DNA of 64,000 nucleotides from a bacterium (GTDB lineage Bacteria; Patescibacteriota; Minisyncoccia; Moranbacterales; DUUL01): NCBI GenBank assembly GCA_018675685.1, contig JABGXP010000018.1, positions 16,175 to 80,174 of the forward strand, read 5' to 3'. Shown piece by piece: positions 30,287 to 38,907 of this stretch (position 1 is its first letter; each line of letters starts with the position of its first letter). The notes under the pieces were generated by a model. It saw only the letters and a program-made list of their open reading frames with translations, ran no database searches and was not told where the DNA came from. The position numbers and the translations under genes were made by a program.

Positions 30287-32026
30287 ATGAGTGAGGTTTA
30301 TAAAAAGAATTGGACATATCCGGATCCAAAGACGACTGAAAAGAAAGAACGAAGAAGGCAGCGTTTTTTTGAAATTCTTCCTGGCTTTTTGTGTTGGCTA
30401 ACTTTAATCGGGATGTTTGTTTTTTCTTGGTTGGCTCCTGTTTGGGTTGCGATTTATATTATTTTATTTGATATCTATTGGATTTATCGAACGATCTATA
30501 TCTCAATCTATTCCATCATTGCATATCGAAAATTAGAGCGATGGAAGAAAATTAATTGGTTTCATAGATTGGAGGCTATTTTTAAAAGTGACTCATTGGT
30601 CGAGGAATTGAATGATGAAATTTTAACTTTAAAAAAAGACCTTGCAAAAGGGAAATTTTCTAGGAAAGAGAGAAAAGAACTTAAGCAAAAAATTATTGAA
30701 AGGTCCAGCTTCCTTGTAAGAGTGAAGGATGATTTGAAAAATAGAGAGCTTTTTTTGCCATGGGAAGATGTTTATCATGTGATTTTGCTTCCAACTGCTG
30801 ATGAAGATGCTGGTATTATTGCTCCAGCAATTGAGGCTGTGAAAAATTCAAACTATCCAAACGATAAAGTGATCATTCTCCTTGCCCTAGAAGAGCGAGT
30901 GCCACTTGAACAAAGAGAGTTAAAGACAAAAATTTTATTAGATAAATATAAGGACACTTTCATGGACTTCATTGTTACAGTTCATGAAGTCAAGGGGAAT
31001 GAAATGAAATGTAAAGCTGCTAATACAACGTATGCTGCAAAAAAATTGAAGAAATATTTGGAGGATAAAAAAATACCACTAGAAAATGTGGTATTGTCTA
31101 ATTTTGATTGTGATACGCAAATTCATCCAGAATATCTAGCGGCCTTAACATATGCCTACGCAACAGAACCACGAAGGCTTAATTTTGCATACCAACCATT
31201 GCCGATGTACCACAACAATCTTTGGGATACCATTGCTCCAGTGAGAATTATTGTTACAGGTTCTTCTTTCTGGCATATGGTTGAGTCAATGCGCCCTGAT
31301 CATATGGTAACATTCTCTTCTCATTCAGAAGCGTTTAAAACGATTGTGGATGTTGATTACTGGCCAGTCAACGTGATCTCAGAAGACTCTGTTATTTTTT
31401 GGAAGTCCTATACTTATTTTGATGGAGATTATCAAGTAAAACCTATCTACTTACCAGTTTCTTTGGATGCCGTTCTTGGAAATGATTATTGGCATACCAT
31501 CAAAAATCAATATAAACAAAAGCATCGTTGGGCATATGGAATTGAAAATCTACCATTGCTTGGTCGAGCTTTTATGCAAAACAAGAAGATTAGCCTTTTT
31601 AAGAAAATCAAATACATGTTCACGATGTTAGAAGGTCATCATAGTTGGGCAACGGCATCTTTTGTGCTCGCTATCCTAGGTTGGCTCCCACTTATTTTTG
31701 GAGGAGAGAGGTTTAGTGAAACAACTTTGGCGCACAATTTGCCGTTTATCACAAGATACTTAATGACATTAGCAATGTCAGGTTTAGTCGTTTCTATGTT
31801 TTTAAGCTTTCTGTTAATGCCTCCAAAACCAGCCAGATATTCAAGAAGGAGATATGCAAATATGTTTTTTCAATGGTTTCTTGCTCCGATTATCGCACCA
31901 TTTTTAGGAGCAGCACCAGCGGTGCATGCACAAACAAAAATTATGCTAGGTAAGTACATGGGTGAATTTTGGATCACTGAAAAGATTATCAAAAAAGATA
32001 AGAAAAAAATAGATTCGAAGAAATAA
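30287..32026 (+). CDS. Processive family 2 glycosyltransferase, membrane-embedded (cellulose/chitin/hyaluronan synthase-like)
   Basis: D, DxD (DCDTQ) and the QxxRW motif (QYKQKHRWAYG). There are N- and C-terminal TM helices. Confidence 0.8.
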   Translation: MSEVYKKNWTYPDPKTTEKKERRRQRFFEILPGFLCWLTLIGMFVFSWLAPVWVAIYIILFDIYWIYRTIYISIYSIIAYRKLERWKKINWFHRLEAIFKSDSLVEELNDEILTLKKDLAKGKFSRKERKELKQKIIERSSFLVRVKDDLKNRELFLPWEDVYHVILLPTADEDAGIIAPAIEAVKNSNYPNDKVIILLALEERVPLEQRELKTKILLDKYKDTFMDFIVTVHEVKGNEMKCKAANTTYAAKKLKKYLEDKKIPLENVVLSNFDCDTQIHPEYLAALTYAYATEPRRLNFAYQPLPMYHNNLWDTIAPVRIIVTGSSFWHMVESMRPDHMVTFSSHSEAFKTIVDVDYWPVNVISEDSVIFWKSYTYFDGDYQVKPIYLPVSLDAVLGNDYWHTIKNQYKQKHRWAYGIENLPLLGRAFMQNKKISLFKKIKYMFTMLEGHHSWATASFVLAILGWLPLIFGGERFSETTLAHNLPFITRYLMTLAMSGLVVSMFLSFLLMPPKPARYSRRRYANMFFQWFLAPIIAPFLGAAPAVHAQTKIMLGKYMGEFWITEKIIKKDKKKIDSKK

Positions 32027-32044
32027 AACCTTAATCTTAAACAG

Positions 32045-33049
32045 ATGGGTTGGAGTATATATTTTTTAATAGCAGTTTTAATTGGCGCAAGCCTAAGCTT
32101 TTTTGTTGGATTTTTTCGAGATAGAATTAGAAAAGATGTGATTAAAAGATTCGGTGGAATAGCAATAATAATCCCTTTATTGTTTATTGTTCCAATAAGT
32201 TCTCAGATTGAAATGACTCTAGCAGTTAAAGGTTTGATTTTTGGCTTAGTAGCGATCTTATTTTTTGGAATATTAGATGACATATTTAAGTTGTCTTGGA
32301 AATACCAGTTATTTTTTCAAATCATGCTAGTGCTTTGCCTGATCTTCTTCTTTGCCTTTTCCGTGGATTATTTTGTTGGACCATTTGAAAGAATTTTTAG
32401 GATGGACGGTTTGATTTTGGAATTAGGCTTTTTAAAAGTTTCTATTTTTAGCGCCATGTTTTTATTATTGTGGTTCCTGTTTATCATGAATTCAATTAAC
32501 TGGATTGATGGAATAAACGGGATTTCTGGAGCAGTCGGAATGCTAGGTGGCATTGCCCTTTTTTGGATTAGCTTGGTTCAGGAAGTGAATCAACCAGCAA
32601 TTGCTATTTTAGCACTTATTTTCATAGGCTCGATCATGGGATTTTGGTGGAATAATTTTCCTTTTGGCAAAATCGAAGCAGGGACAAGCGGGAGTTACGC
32701 CATTGGATTTTTTTTGGCGACCACAGCTATTATGGCAGGCACGAAAGTTGCGACAGCCTTGATAGTGCTTATAATCCCATTAGTTGATTTTGTTTGGGTT
32801 GTATGCGAGAGACGGAAAAAAGGATTGCCAATAACAAAAAGAGATAAGAACCATCTGCATCATAAACTGAAGAACTGTGGTTGGTCTGATACAAGGATAG
32901 TTTTTTGCTATTTTGTATTCACGTCTGTAATATTAATATCATCTTTTCTTTTGGAATCAAGGAATTGGAAATTCGGTGTAATTGCATTAGAAGTTTTGAT
33001 CCTAATTTTATTTATAAGGTATATCTCAATCAAATTAACTAAAAAATAA
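32045..33049 (+). CDS. Polyprenyl-phosphate N-acetylhexosamine-1-phosphate transferase (MraY/WecA family)
   Basis: NSINWIDGINGISGAV and the multi-TM topology of that family. Confidence 0.8.
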   Translation: MGWSIYFLIAVLIGASLSFFVGFFRDRIRKDVIKRFGGIAIIIPLLFIVPISSQIEMTLAVKGLIFGLVAILFFGILDDIFKLSWKYQLFFQIMLVLCLIFFFAFSVDYFVGPFERIFRMDGLILELGFLKVSIFSAMFLLLWFLFIMNSINWIDGINGISGAVGMLGGIALFWISLVQEVNQPAIAILALIFIGSIMGFWWNNFPFGKIEAGTSGSYAIGFFLATTAIMAGTKVATALIVLIIPLVDFVWVVCERRKKGLPITKRDKNHLHHKLKNCGWSDTRIVFCYFVFTSVILISSFLLESRNWKFGVIALEVLILILFIRYISIKLTKK

Positions 33050-33050
33050 G

Positions 33051-33515
33051 ATGAAACTAAGAATTAGAGATTATTTTTTTCTATTAATTGTTTTGTTGGG
33101 ATTCTTTGCTCTAGTGTCTCAAAAGTTTCTTGGCAATAACAATATAGAAGAGAAAAACAGGGTTAAAGAAAAAGTAATCATCTTGAACAATACATCATTG
33201 TTTGTTAGAATCGCTAATAATGAAGAATCAAGATCTAATGGTCTGAGAGAGGTCGATAGTATTGAAGATAGCGAGGGTATGCTTTTTGTGCACGATCATC
33301 CAGATCAACATATTTACAATATGCATAATATGAAATTTGATTTGGATTTCATATTTATTAAAGAAAACAAGATAGTGGATATTGCAAAAAGTATCTCCTA
33401 TTCATACAAGGGGGCGATAAAGGGTGGGACAGCATATGACAAGGTGATTGAAGTAAATGCTGATTGGGTGAAAAAGCATAATATTAAAATAGCTGATGAA
33501 GTTCGCCTCGATTGA
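33051..33515 (+). CDS. DUF192 (COG1430) family protein, membrane-anchored
   Basis: GLREV...SEGMLFVHD...MHNMKFDLDFIFI. Confidence 0.65.
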   Translation: MKLRIRDYFFLLIVLLGFFALVSQKFLGNNNIEEKNRVKEKVIILNNTSLFVRIANNEESRSNGLREVDSIEDSEGMLFVHDHPDQHIYNMHNMKFDLDFIFIKENKIVDIAKSISYSYKGAIKGGTAYDKVIEVNADWVKKHNIKIADEVRLD

Positions 33516-33540
33516 TGATTTTATATTTAAATTGGAATAA

Positions 33541-33879
33541 ATGGAGTTTAAGTTTCCAAAGAATGACAATAGTTATTACTGGACCAGTCATTCAAAGGGG
33601 AAAATGATCCAATATTCAATTGGTCCGAATTTAGTCAAAAGAATTATTCGTTTTCCAGACAGAAGAGAAGAGGGGATTGCTGAAAATACAATAGCATCGA
33701 TGAGGCGTAAGGTAGGAAAATCAAGTACAAAAGAGACATGGGTAATGTATCAAATGGAAAAAGGAAAGAAGAAGATAATTTCTACCTGGATTTTTCCAGG
33801 AGAAAGTTCAATAAATAAAGAGATTTTTGTTCCCGAAGAAGCTTGGGAGGAAATCTACAAACATCAGAAACGGAGGTAG
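33541..33879 (+). CDS. Hypothetical small protein, possibly DUF4258-like (toxin-like fold)
   Basis: YWTSHSKGKMIQYSI...KETWVMYQ...KIISTWIFP spacing is reminiscent of DUF4258. The assignment is tentative. Confidence 0.4.
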   Translation: MEFKFPKNDNSYYWTSHSKGKMIQYSIGPNLVKRIIRFPDRREEGIAENTIASMRRKVGKSSTKETWVMYQMEKGKKKIISTWIFPGESSINKEIFVPEEAWEEIYKHQKRR

Positions 33880-33882
33880 CGA

Positions 33883-34041
33883 ATGGTTATCGATTGTTCA
33901 AAACAAGACGGCAAGAAGTGCAAAGTTAAAAGTGGTAGTACAAAAGAAACAGAAGGAGACAAATCTCGTGTTTTGGAGATCACGATTATCGAATGTCCTC
34001 ATAGAATTCCACCACCTTCAAAGAAATGTCCCAAGTGCTGA
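33883..34041 (+). CDS. Small zinc-ribbon protein (52 aa; C5, C13 ... CPH ... CPKC)
   Basis: GGAGG sits 8 nt upstream. Its start lies 3 nt after the stop of the preceding gene. I prefer this over the overlapping 33827..34048 track ORF, which is in another frame and has no RBS. Confidence 0.45.
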   Translation: MVIDCSKQDGKKCKVKSGSTKETEGDKSRVLEITIIECPHRIPPPSKKCPKC

Positions 34042-34088
34042 TGTTTAAGTTAATGATGTGGTCTAGGTTATTAACCTTGGGCCACATT

Positions 34089-35036
34089 TTATTTTTTAAA
34101 TTTTTCTACTAAAGTATTTATTTTGCTTGGTTCATTTTCCCAAACAATTTTCTTGTTGCGACGAAACCAGGTTTTTTGGCGCTTAGCATAACCTCGTTCA
34201 GCTATAAATACTTTTTCTCTAAGTTCTGCCTCGTCAATTTTTTTTTGAAGAAAAAGAGGTATCCAATAATAACCAAGGCCAAAGGATTGAATTTTCTCCC
34301 AACTTAAATTATAGAACTCTTTTAATTTTTGAATTTCCAAAATCATTCCACTTTGCCAACGTCCATCTAAGCGTTCTTTGATTTTTTGATCCAATTTATT
34401 TTGTGGCCAATCAATGCCAATTTCTAAAAAAATAAAATCAGAGTGCTGTCTCTTTTTTATTTCAGGAACTTCCCCTAGTTTAGTGGCAATCTCAATTGCC
34501 CTAATTACACGCACCTTGTTTTTTAGATCTATATTGTTAGCTCTTTTTGAATCCAACTCTTGAAGTTTCTTTGTTAAAATTTCCGGAGAACACAAGGAAA
34601 GCTCCTTTCTTAGGTTTAAATCAGGCTTCACTTCTGGGAGGATCACACCACTGACTACCGCATCAATCCAAAAACCTGTTCCACCACAAATAATTGGTAA
34701 TTTCTTCCGAGAAAGAATTTCTTTGATTTTCTTTTCACAATCTTTTTTAAAGTGAGAAACATTATAATCTCCTCGTGGTGAGCGAAAATCTAGTAAGTGA
34801 TGGGGAATACCCTCTGAATAAAAGGCCTTTTGCTTAATTTCTCCCGTGATGAGTCTCCATGAGCCACTGACTTTACCTGTTCCTAGATCCATGTCCCGAT
34901 AGACCTGCCTTGAATCTGCTGAAATAATTTCGCCATTGAATCTTTTGGCGAGTGAAATTGCGGTATCAGATTTTCCAGATGAAGTGGGACCTAGAATGAC
35001 AACAACTTTTGATTTTTTGGGAAGTAATTTGTTCAT
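34089..35036 (-). CDS. miaA: tRNA dimethylallyltransferase
   Basis: VVVILGPTSSGKSDTAISLAKRFNGEIISADSRQVYRDMDLGTGK. I used the internal start MNKLLPKK; the track ORF starts at 35081. Confidence 0.88.
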   Translation of the reverse strand: MNKLLPKKSKVVVILGPTSSGKSDTAISLAKRFNGEIISADSRQVYRDMDLGTGKVSGSWRLITGEIKQKAFYSEGIPHHLLDFRSPRGDYNVSHFKKDCEKKIKEILSRKKLPIICGGTGFWIDAVVSGVILPEVKPDLNLRKELSLCSPEILTKKLQELDSKRANNIDLKNKVRVIRAIEIATKLGEVPEIKKRQHSDFIFLEIGIDWPQNKLDQKIKERLDGRWQSGMILEIQKLKEFYNLSWEKIQSFGLGYYWIPLFLQKKIDEAELREKVFIAERGYAKRQKTWFRRNKKIVWENEPSKINTLVEKFKK

Positions 35037-35107
35037 AAGAAGTAAGTTGTTTAGCACCGTAAATGTTATATGCTTGAGCATTTATGTCAATAGATGTTGC
35101 TTTTTGT

Positions 35108-35141
35108 TGACAAAAATCTTGAATTTAGTATAATTCTAGTC
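35108..35141 (+). promoter_or_regulatory. Near-consensus sigma-70 promoter (TTGACA-16/17-TATAAT)
   Basis: ttgacaaaaatcttgaatttagtataat. Confidence 0.6.
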
Positions 35142-35147
35142 AAGTAA

Positions 35148-35292
35148 TCACTTTATTATGAAAGATCCTCTGGCAACAAAGAATAATTATATTATAAGCC
35201 TTACCATTAGGTGACATATTTTATTTGCCGGAGAATTCTTACAATCAGTATACCACTCAAAAGAATTCCGGCGCAACCCGGTTTTTTATTTT
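35148..35292 (+). ncRNA. Candidate small RNA (promoter plus structured terminator, no SD-led ORF)
   Basis: Downstream of the consensus promoter. A 13-bp stem gccggagaattctt...aagaattccggc, then CCGG-cgcaac-CCGG, then a T-run. The only ORF is an 18-codon one without an RBS. Confidence 0.3.
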
Positions 35293-35448
35293 AATTAGTT
35301 TCTTGAAAATCAAGTAAGTCAAAAGTAGGAAAAGAGTCAAATATTCTTATTTTACTTTTGACTTGTTTGCAAAAAAAGCAATCTAGTCAAAAATAAGTGA
35401 GATGTTTTTTACAATCAGCAATTTAGCACCGAAAAGGAGAAAGTCTAA

Positions 35449-35652
35449 ATGGCAACAAAAAAGGAAAGAAAACTCGCCATCAAGGCGAGCAACGCAGAGG
35501 CGCAACTTCTCAACATGCATACACAAAAAATGACAACAGGCACAGGGGGGCGCTCAATTTCAAGGAATGACCTTCAGAAAAAAGAGAGAGTATTTCGCAA
35601 AAAAGAAGAAAGAGCAGAGGAGGCTTTGCGTAAAGCAAAGATTTTGGCATAA
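35449..35652 (+). CDS. Hypothetical small basic protein (67 aa)
   Basis: GGAG RBS. Lys/Arg/Glu-rich sequence with no homolog recognised. Confidence 0.45.
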   Translation: MATKKERKLAIKASNAEAQLLNMHTQKMTTGTGGRSISRNDLQKKERVFRKKEERAEEALRKAKILA

Positions 35653-35836
35653 GCTAAAAACCAGCATTCTGCACCACCTGCACTAAAAACACCTCATTTC
35701 GCTTATTCAAAAAAGAGGGCTTGTATATAAATCAAGCCCTCAACCTCTAAAACAACAATCTTTAATATAGAATCTATTCCGTGAGTCAAGAATCTCAAGC
35801 AAGAAAACAAGTCATTATTAGTGAACTTATTACTAT

Positions 35837-35912
35837 TCGACGAAGGTCGAGTTAATTTTGTTTTTAAAACTAAAAAACAAATTTAACTCGGCGAAGATTC
35901 GTCGTTTTTTTT
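35837..35912 (+). terminator. Long two-helix stem-loop plus T8 (terminator of an upstream non-coding transcript)
   Basis: cgacgaa/ttcgtcg and cgagttaa/ttaactcg helices followed by tttttttt. Confidence 0.5.
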
Positions 35913-35981
35913 ATTTATAAATTTAGTACATTAAAACCTATTGCAATAAACCAAACCTTCAATATAAAAGGAGGAGCTTAA

Positions 35982-36167
35982 ATGTGCAACGAAAAAAGGA
36001 TTGCAGAGATTAGCAGTGAAGAGCTGTTTTGGAAGGGAATTTCAACATTGGACACGGAAGCTTATTTAAGAGCCGTCATCTCTGGAAAAATTTCCGGTGC
36101 AGGAGAGGTTAAGTCAGTGGAGTGGTTCTTTTATTTAGAGATGATTGAATATGGTAGAGATAGTTGA
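35982..36167 (+). CDS. Hypothetical small protein (61 aa)
   Basis: Perfect AGGAGG SD and its own terminator downstream. Confidence 0.5.
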   Translation: MCNEKRIAEISSEELFWKGISTLDTEAYLRAVISGKISGAGEVKSVEWFFYLEMIEYGRDS

Positions 36168-36196
36168 ACTCTTTCAATGTTTGAACGTTTTTTAAC

Positions 36197-36234
36197 AACT
36201 CCTTTGATGCAACATCAAAGGAGTTGTTTTTTTG
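36197..36234 (+). terminator. Intrinsic terminator (14-bp stem)
   Basis: caactcctttgatg-caa-catcaaaggagttg followed by ttttttt. Confidence 0.85.
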
Positions 36235-36452
36235 AAGAAAGCAGTCTATAATTTAATTACTTAAATATTTTTTATTTTTTAAAATGTTTATTCGAAAGAA
36301 TCAATTACTGGGACTACTCCTGCTCCGAAATGCTCGGGTGGTTTTTGATTTCAAAGAATAGACAAATCGTAGATTTATTTAAAAGTTCTTTAAACAAGCC
36401 ACCAAGAAGGTGGTGTTTTTTTATTCATTCTTTTTAAAAAAAAGGAGAGAGT

Positions 36453-36719
36453 ATGGCTGAAATTGTTATAATCGAGGTTTTGGAAAAAGGTGTTTGTTTG
36501 AAAGATTTTGACATTCAGGGATTCAAACAACCATTGGAACTAGGTGAGATTCTTCATTTTTCGCTTGTGTGTAAAGCTGAGCATAAGGAAATACTAAAGG
36601 AGGACTGGATGTTGGTGGTTGAAAGTGAAGATAATGCTAAAAAAGGAGGAGGGCTTTGTAAAGAAGAATTTGATTTTTGTATGCAGTTCAATACCTTTAA
36701 GAAAATAGGCATTGTATGA
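36453..36719 (+). CDS. Hypothetical small protein (88 aa)
   Basis: GGAGAGAG RBS and its own terminator downstream. Confidence 0.5.
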   Translation: MAEIVIIEVLEKGVCLKDFDIQGFKQPLELGEILHFSLVCKAEHKEILKEDWMLVVESEDNAKKGGGLCKEEFDFCMQFNTFKKIGIV

Positions 36720-36743
36720 AAAAGATGATTTTGGAAAAATTAA

Positions 36744-36781
36744 ATCTCAGGTAGCGTCAATGCGTGCTACCTGAGATTTTT
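36744..36781 (+). terminator. Intrinsic terminator (12-bp stem)
   Basis: atctcaggtagc-gtcaatgcgt-gctacctgagat followed by ttttt. Confidence 0.85.
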
Positions 36782-37060
36782 CGAGAAAATTATGTTGGAG
36801 TGATTTGACATTTCTCTTAGAGATGCTAGTCTTGTGTTAAGTTAAGTTTATTATCATCATCTTGATGAACCAAGGAAGAATTACAATTTATGTGTTTATT
36901 CTCTTTATGCTCTGGATTACCCAGACCGATTTTGGTTTATCGAGAATAGAAGTTTAGCAAATATTTCAAGAAATTCTCAATAGTCCAAGACCGGTCTCAC
37001 AAGATCCGGTTTTTTTATTACTATTTTTTAATAAAATTTAGTTTAAAGTAAATTATTCAA

Positions 37061-37510
37061 ATGATTAAAGACAAACTCATCATATTCGACTTTCTAAGGA
37101 CGATATATAACCCAGATAAAGATATTTTCGTAAAGGATGCAATGGTGGTTTTGGATAGATTGAGAATAGGCAATACCTTGATTCTTTATACAAGTCGAGA
37201 AGGTGATAAAAACAGGAAGAGTCTCTTGGAGAGAATTGGTTTAAATGAAGCTTTCGATGAAATATGCTTAGTTGAAAAAAAGGATCGAAAGACAATGAAA
37301 TTAATTGCAGATAAGTATGGCAAAAAGAATCGAGAAGTGATAGTGATTGGAGACAGAATTAAGAGTGAAATTTTAATAGGGAATAAGAATAACTTTCAGA
37401 CCATTTGGTTTAAAAATGGGAAATATTCGAAAAAGGGTGCTGAAAGTTCAATTGAGGAACCAGATTTTTTAATAGATAATTTAGAAGAACTTTTAAAACT
37501 TAGTTTGTAA
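37061..37510 (+). CDS. HAD-like hydrolase-fold protein with a degenerate motif I
   Basis: IIFDFLRT sits where HAD motif I (DxDxT) is expected, and GDRIKSEI is HAD motif IV-like. The second Asp is replaced. Confidence 0.45.
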   Translation: MIKDKLIIFDFLRTIYNPDKDIFVKDAMVVLDRLRIGNTLILYTSREGDKNRKSLLERIGLNEAFDEICLVEKKDRKTMKLIADKYGKKNREVIVIGDRIKSEILIGNKNNFQTIWFKNGKYSKKGAESSIEEPDFLIDNLEELLKLSL

Positions 37511-37584
37511 AAACAGATTGTAGAAAAACAAGAGTGTATCTTGAGACAAAGAAAAACAATCAACACAGCAAAAAGGAGTACAAC

Positions 37585-38790
37585 ATGGAAAAGAAGAGGG
37601 AAGAGAAAGTTGTTGAGATGGAGAATTTCTTGCAAGAAACCGGACTTTGGGATGATCCAAGGAGAAAATTTGTTTTACCAGCATCGGTTCATTCATTGGG
37701 TCAAAATGATGTAAAATTCATCAAGGAGATTGGTCCTAAAATCGTTAACTTATTAAAGGTTAGTGATAGTTTGATGGGAAAAGCTGTTAACAAGAACTTG
37801 AATAATGGAGCAATGGGTTTTTTCCGAAGAACTGCCACTGCTGGAATTCCTAAGTTGAGGAAAAAAATTCAACAAAAATTCCACACCAGTTTTCCCCAGA
37901 GCATCAAGGTTGACCTTGTGAAAGGTCAGGATGGAAAGATGTATATCGTTGAAATTGACACAGTCAACACCCACGGGCTTGGATACGGAAAAATTCTCAG
38001 AAGCATGTGCGATTTTCTCTCAACACCACCTGGTCAAGAAAATTTTCAACCAGAAGGAACAGAGAGAATTCTGAATCACTCTCCGCTAGAAGTCATCGTA
38101 CCCTTCAATGATCGTTTTCATGAGGGTGAGTGGGCGGCGACTTCTTCGTTGATTGAAACACTGACCTTTCATCGTGAAAACGATGTTAAGCCAGAAATGT
38201 TTAAAGGTAAAACTATCTTAGACATCCACCACAAACTCAAACCTAGGTTTCAGGAAGAATTGGTTGAAATGTTTCTTCGTGGGGAGCTTGATATTTTAGT
38301 TCACCCGAAAGACCAACTTGGTTCAAAAAATGTCCTGCCCTTGGCTTGGCATCCGGAAACTAGTGAGGAACTCTTGGCTGAAGATGGAATGACTAAAGAT
38401 GAACTATCTTTTATCAAGAAGCATCTTCCAGAATCTTTGTTTGTCACAAAAAAAACCAAGCTCGATGATTTTTCTGACGAAGACTGGCTCTTGAAAGATG
38501 TTAATAGTAATGCCATGAAAGGAGTTGTTTCACCTTCAAGGTTTGATCCGCGTAAACTTGGTAACTGTAATGTTATTCTACAAAGAAAGATTCCTCAGAT
38601 GAAATTGAAATTTGATTTCTTTGACAAGGAAGAAGGATTTTCCAGCGAACATCTTTTCTCAAGATACATTGTATATTTTGGGGCTGACGGTACTCCTTTG
38701 GAGTGTCTCTACACTGCTACACCAGAAGAACTAACTCATGGTGGTATAAATGCGGTTTTAGGGAGTGCAGTTTTCTGTGATTGTGAATAA
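37585..38790 (+). CDS. Hypothetical ATP-grasp-like (possibly circularly permuted / glutathionylspermidine-synthetase-like) amidoligase
   Basis: KVDLVKGQDGKMYIVEIDTVNTHGLGY resembles the ATP-grasp catalytic loop but lies near the N-terminus (about residue 130 of 402). Strong AGGAG RBS at the internal Met. Confidence 0.4.
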   Translation: MEKKREEKVVEMENFLQETGLWDDPRRKFVLPASVHSLGQNDVKFIKEIGPKIVNLLKVSDSLMGKAVNKNLNNGAMGFFRRTATAGIPKLRKKIQQKFHTSFPQSIKVDLVKGQDGKMYIVEIDTVNTHGLGYGKILRSMCDFLSTPPGQENFQPEGTERILNHSPLEVIVPFNDRFHEGEWAATSSLIETLTFHRENDVKPEMFKGKTILDIHHKLKPRFQEELVEMFLRGELDILVHPKDQLGSKNVLPLAWHPETSEELLAEDGMTKDELSFIKKHLPESLFVTKKTKLDDFSDEDWLLKDVNSNAMKGVVSPSRFDPRKLGNCNVILQRKIPQMKLKFDFFDKEEGFSSEHLFSRYIVYFGADGTPLECLYTATPEELTHGGINAVLGSAVFCDCE

Positions 38791-38807
38791 AAGAAAGTTT
38801 TTAAAGT

Positions 38808-38848
38808 GTGGGCGTTGCTTGAATCTAAGCGACGCCCACTTTATTTTA
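38808..38848 (+). terminator. Intrinsic terminator
   Basis: gtgggcgttgc...gcgacgcccac followed by tttatttt. Confidence 0.75.
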
Positions 38849-38907
38849 TTATTTAAGCAAGTTTTAATTTTAAATTATTAAAACAAAGAGTATACTGTAA
38901 AATAGAT

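Noticed and set aside
33827-34048. 73-aa track ORF.
   Set aside because: It has no RBS. It overlaps the end of the 33541 gene out of frame. An alternative frame gives an SD-led Cys4 zinc-ribbon ORF (33883-34041), which is the better reading.
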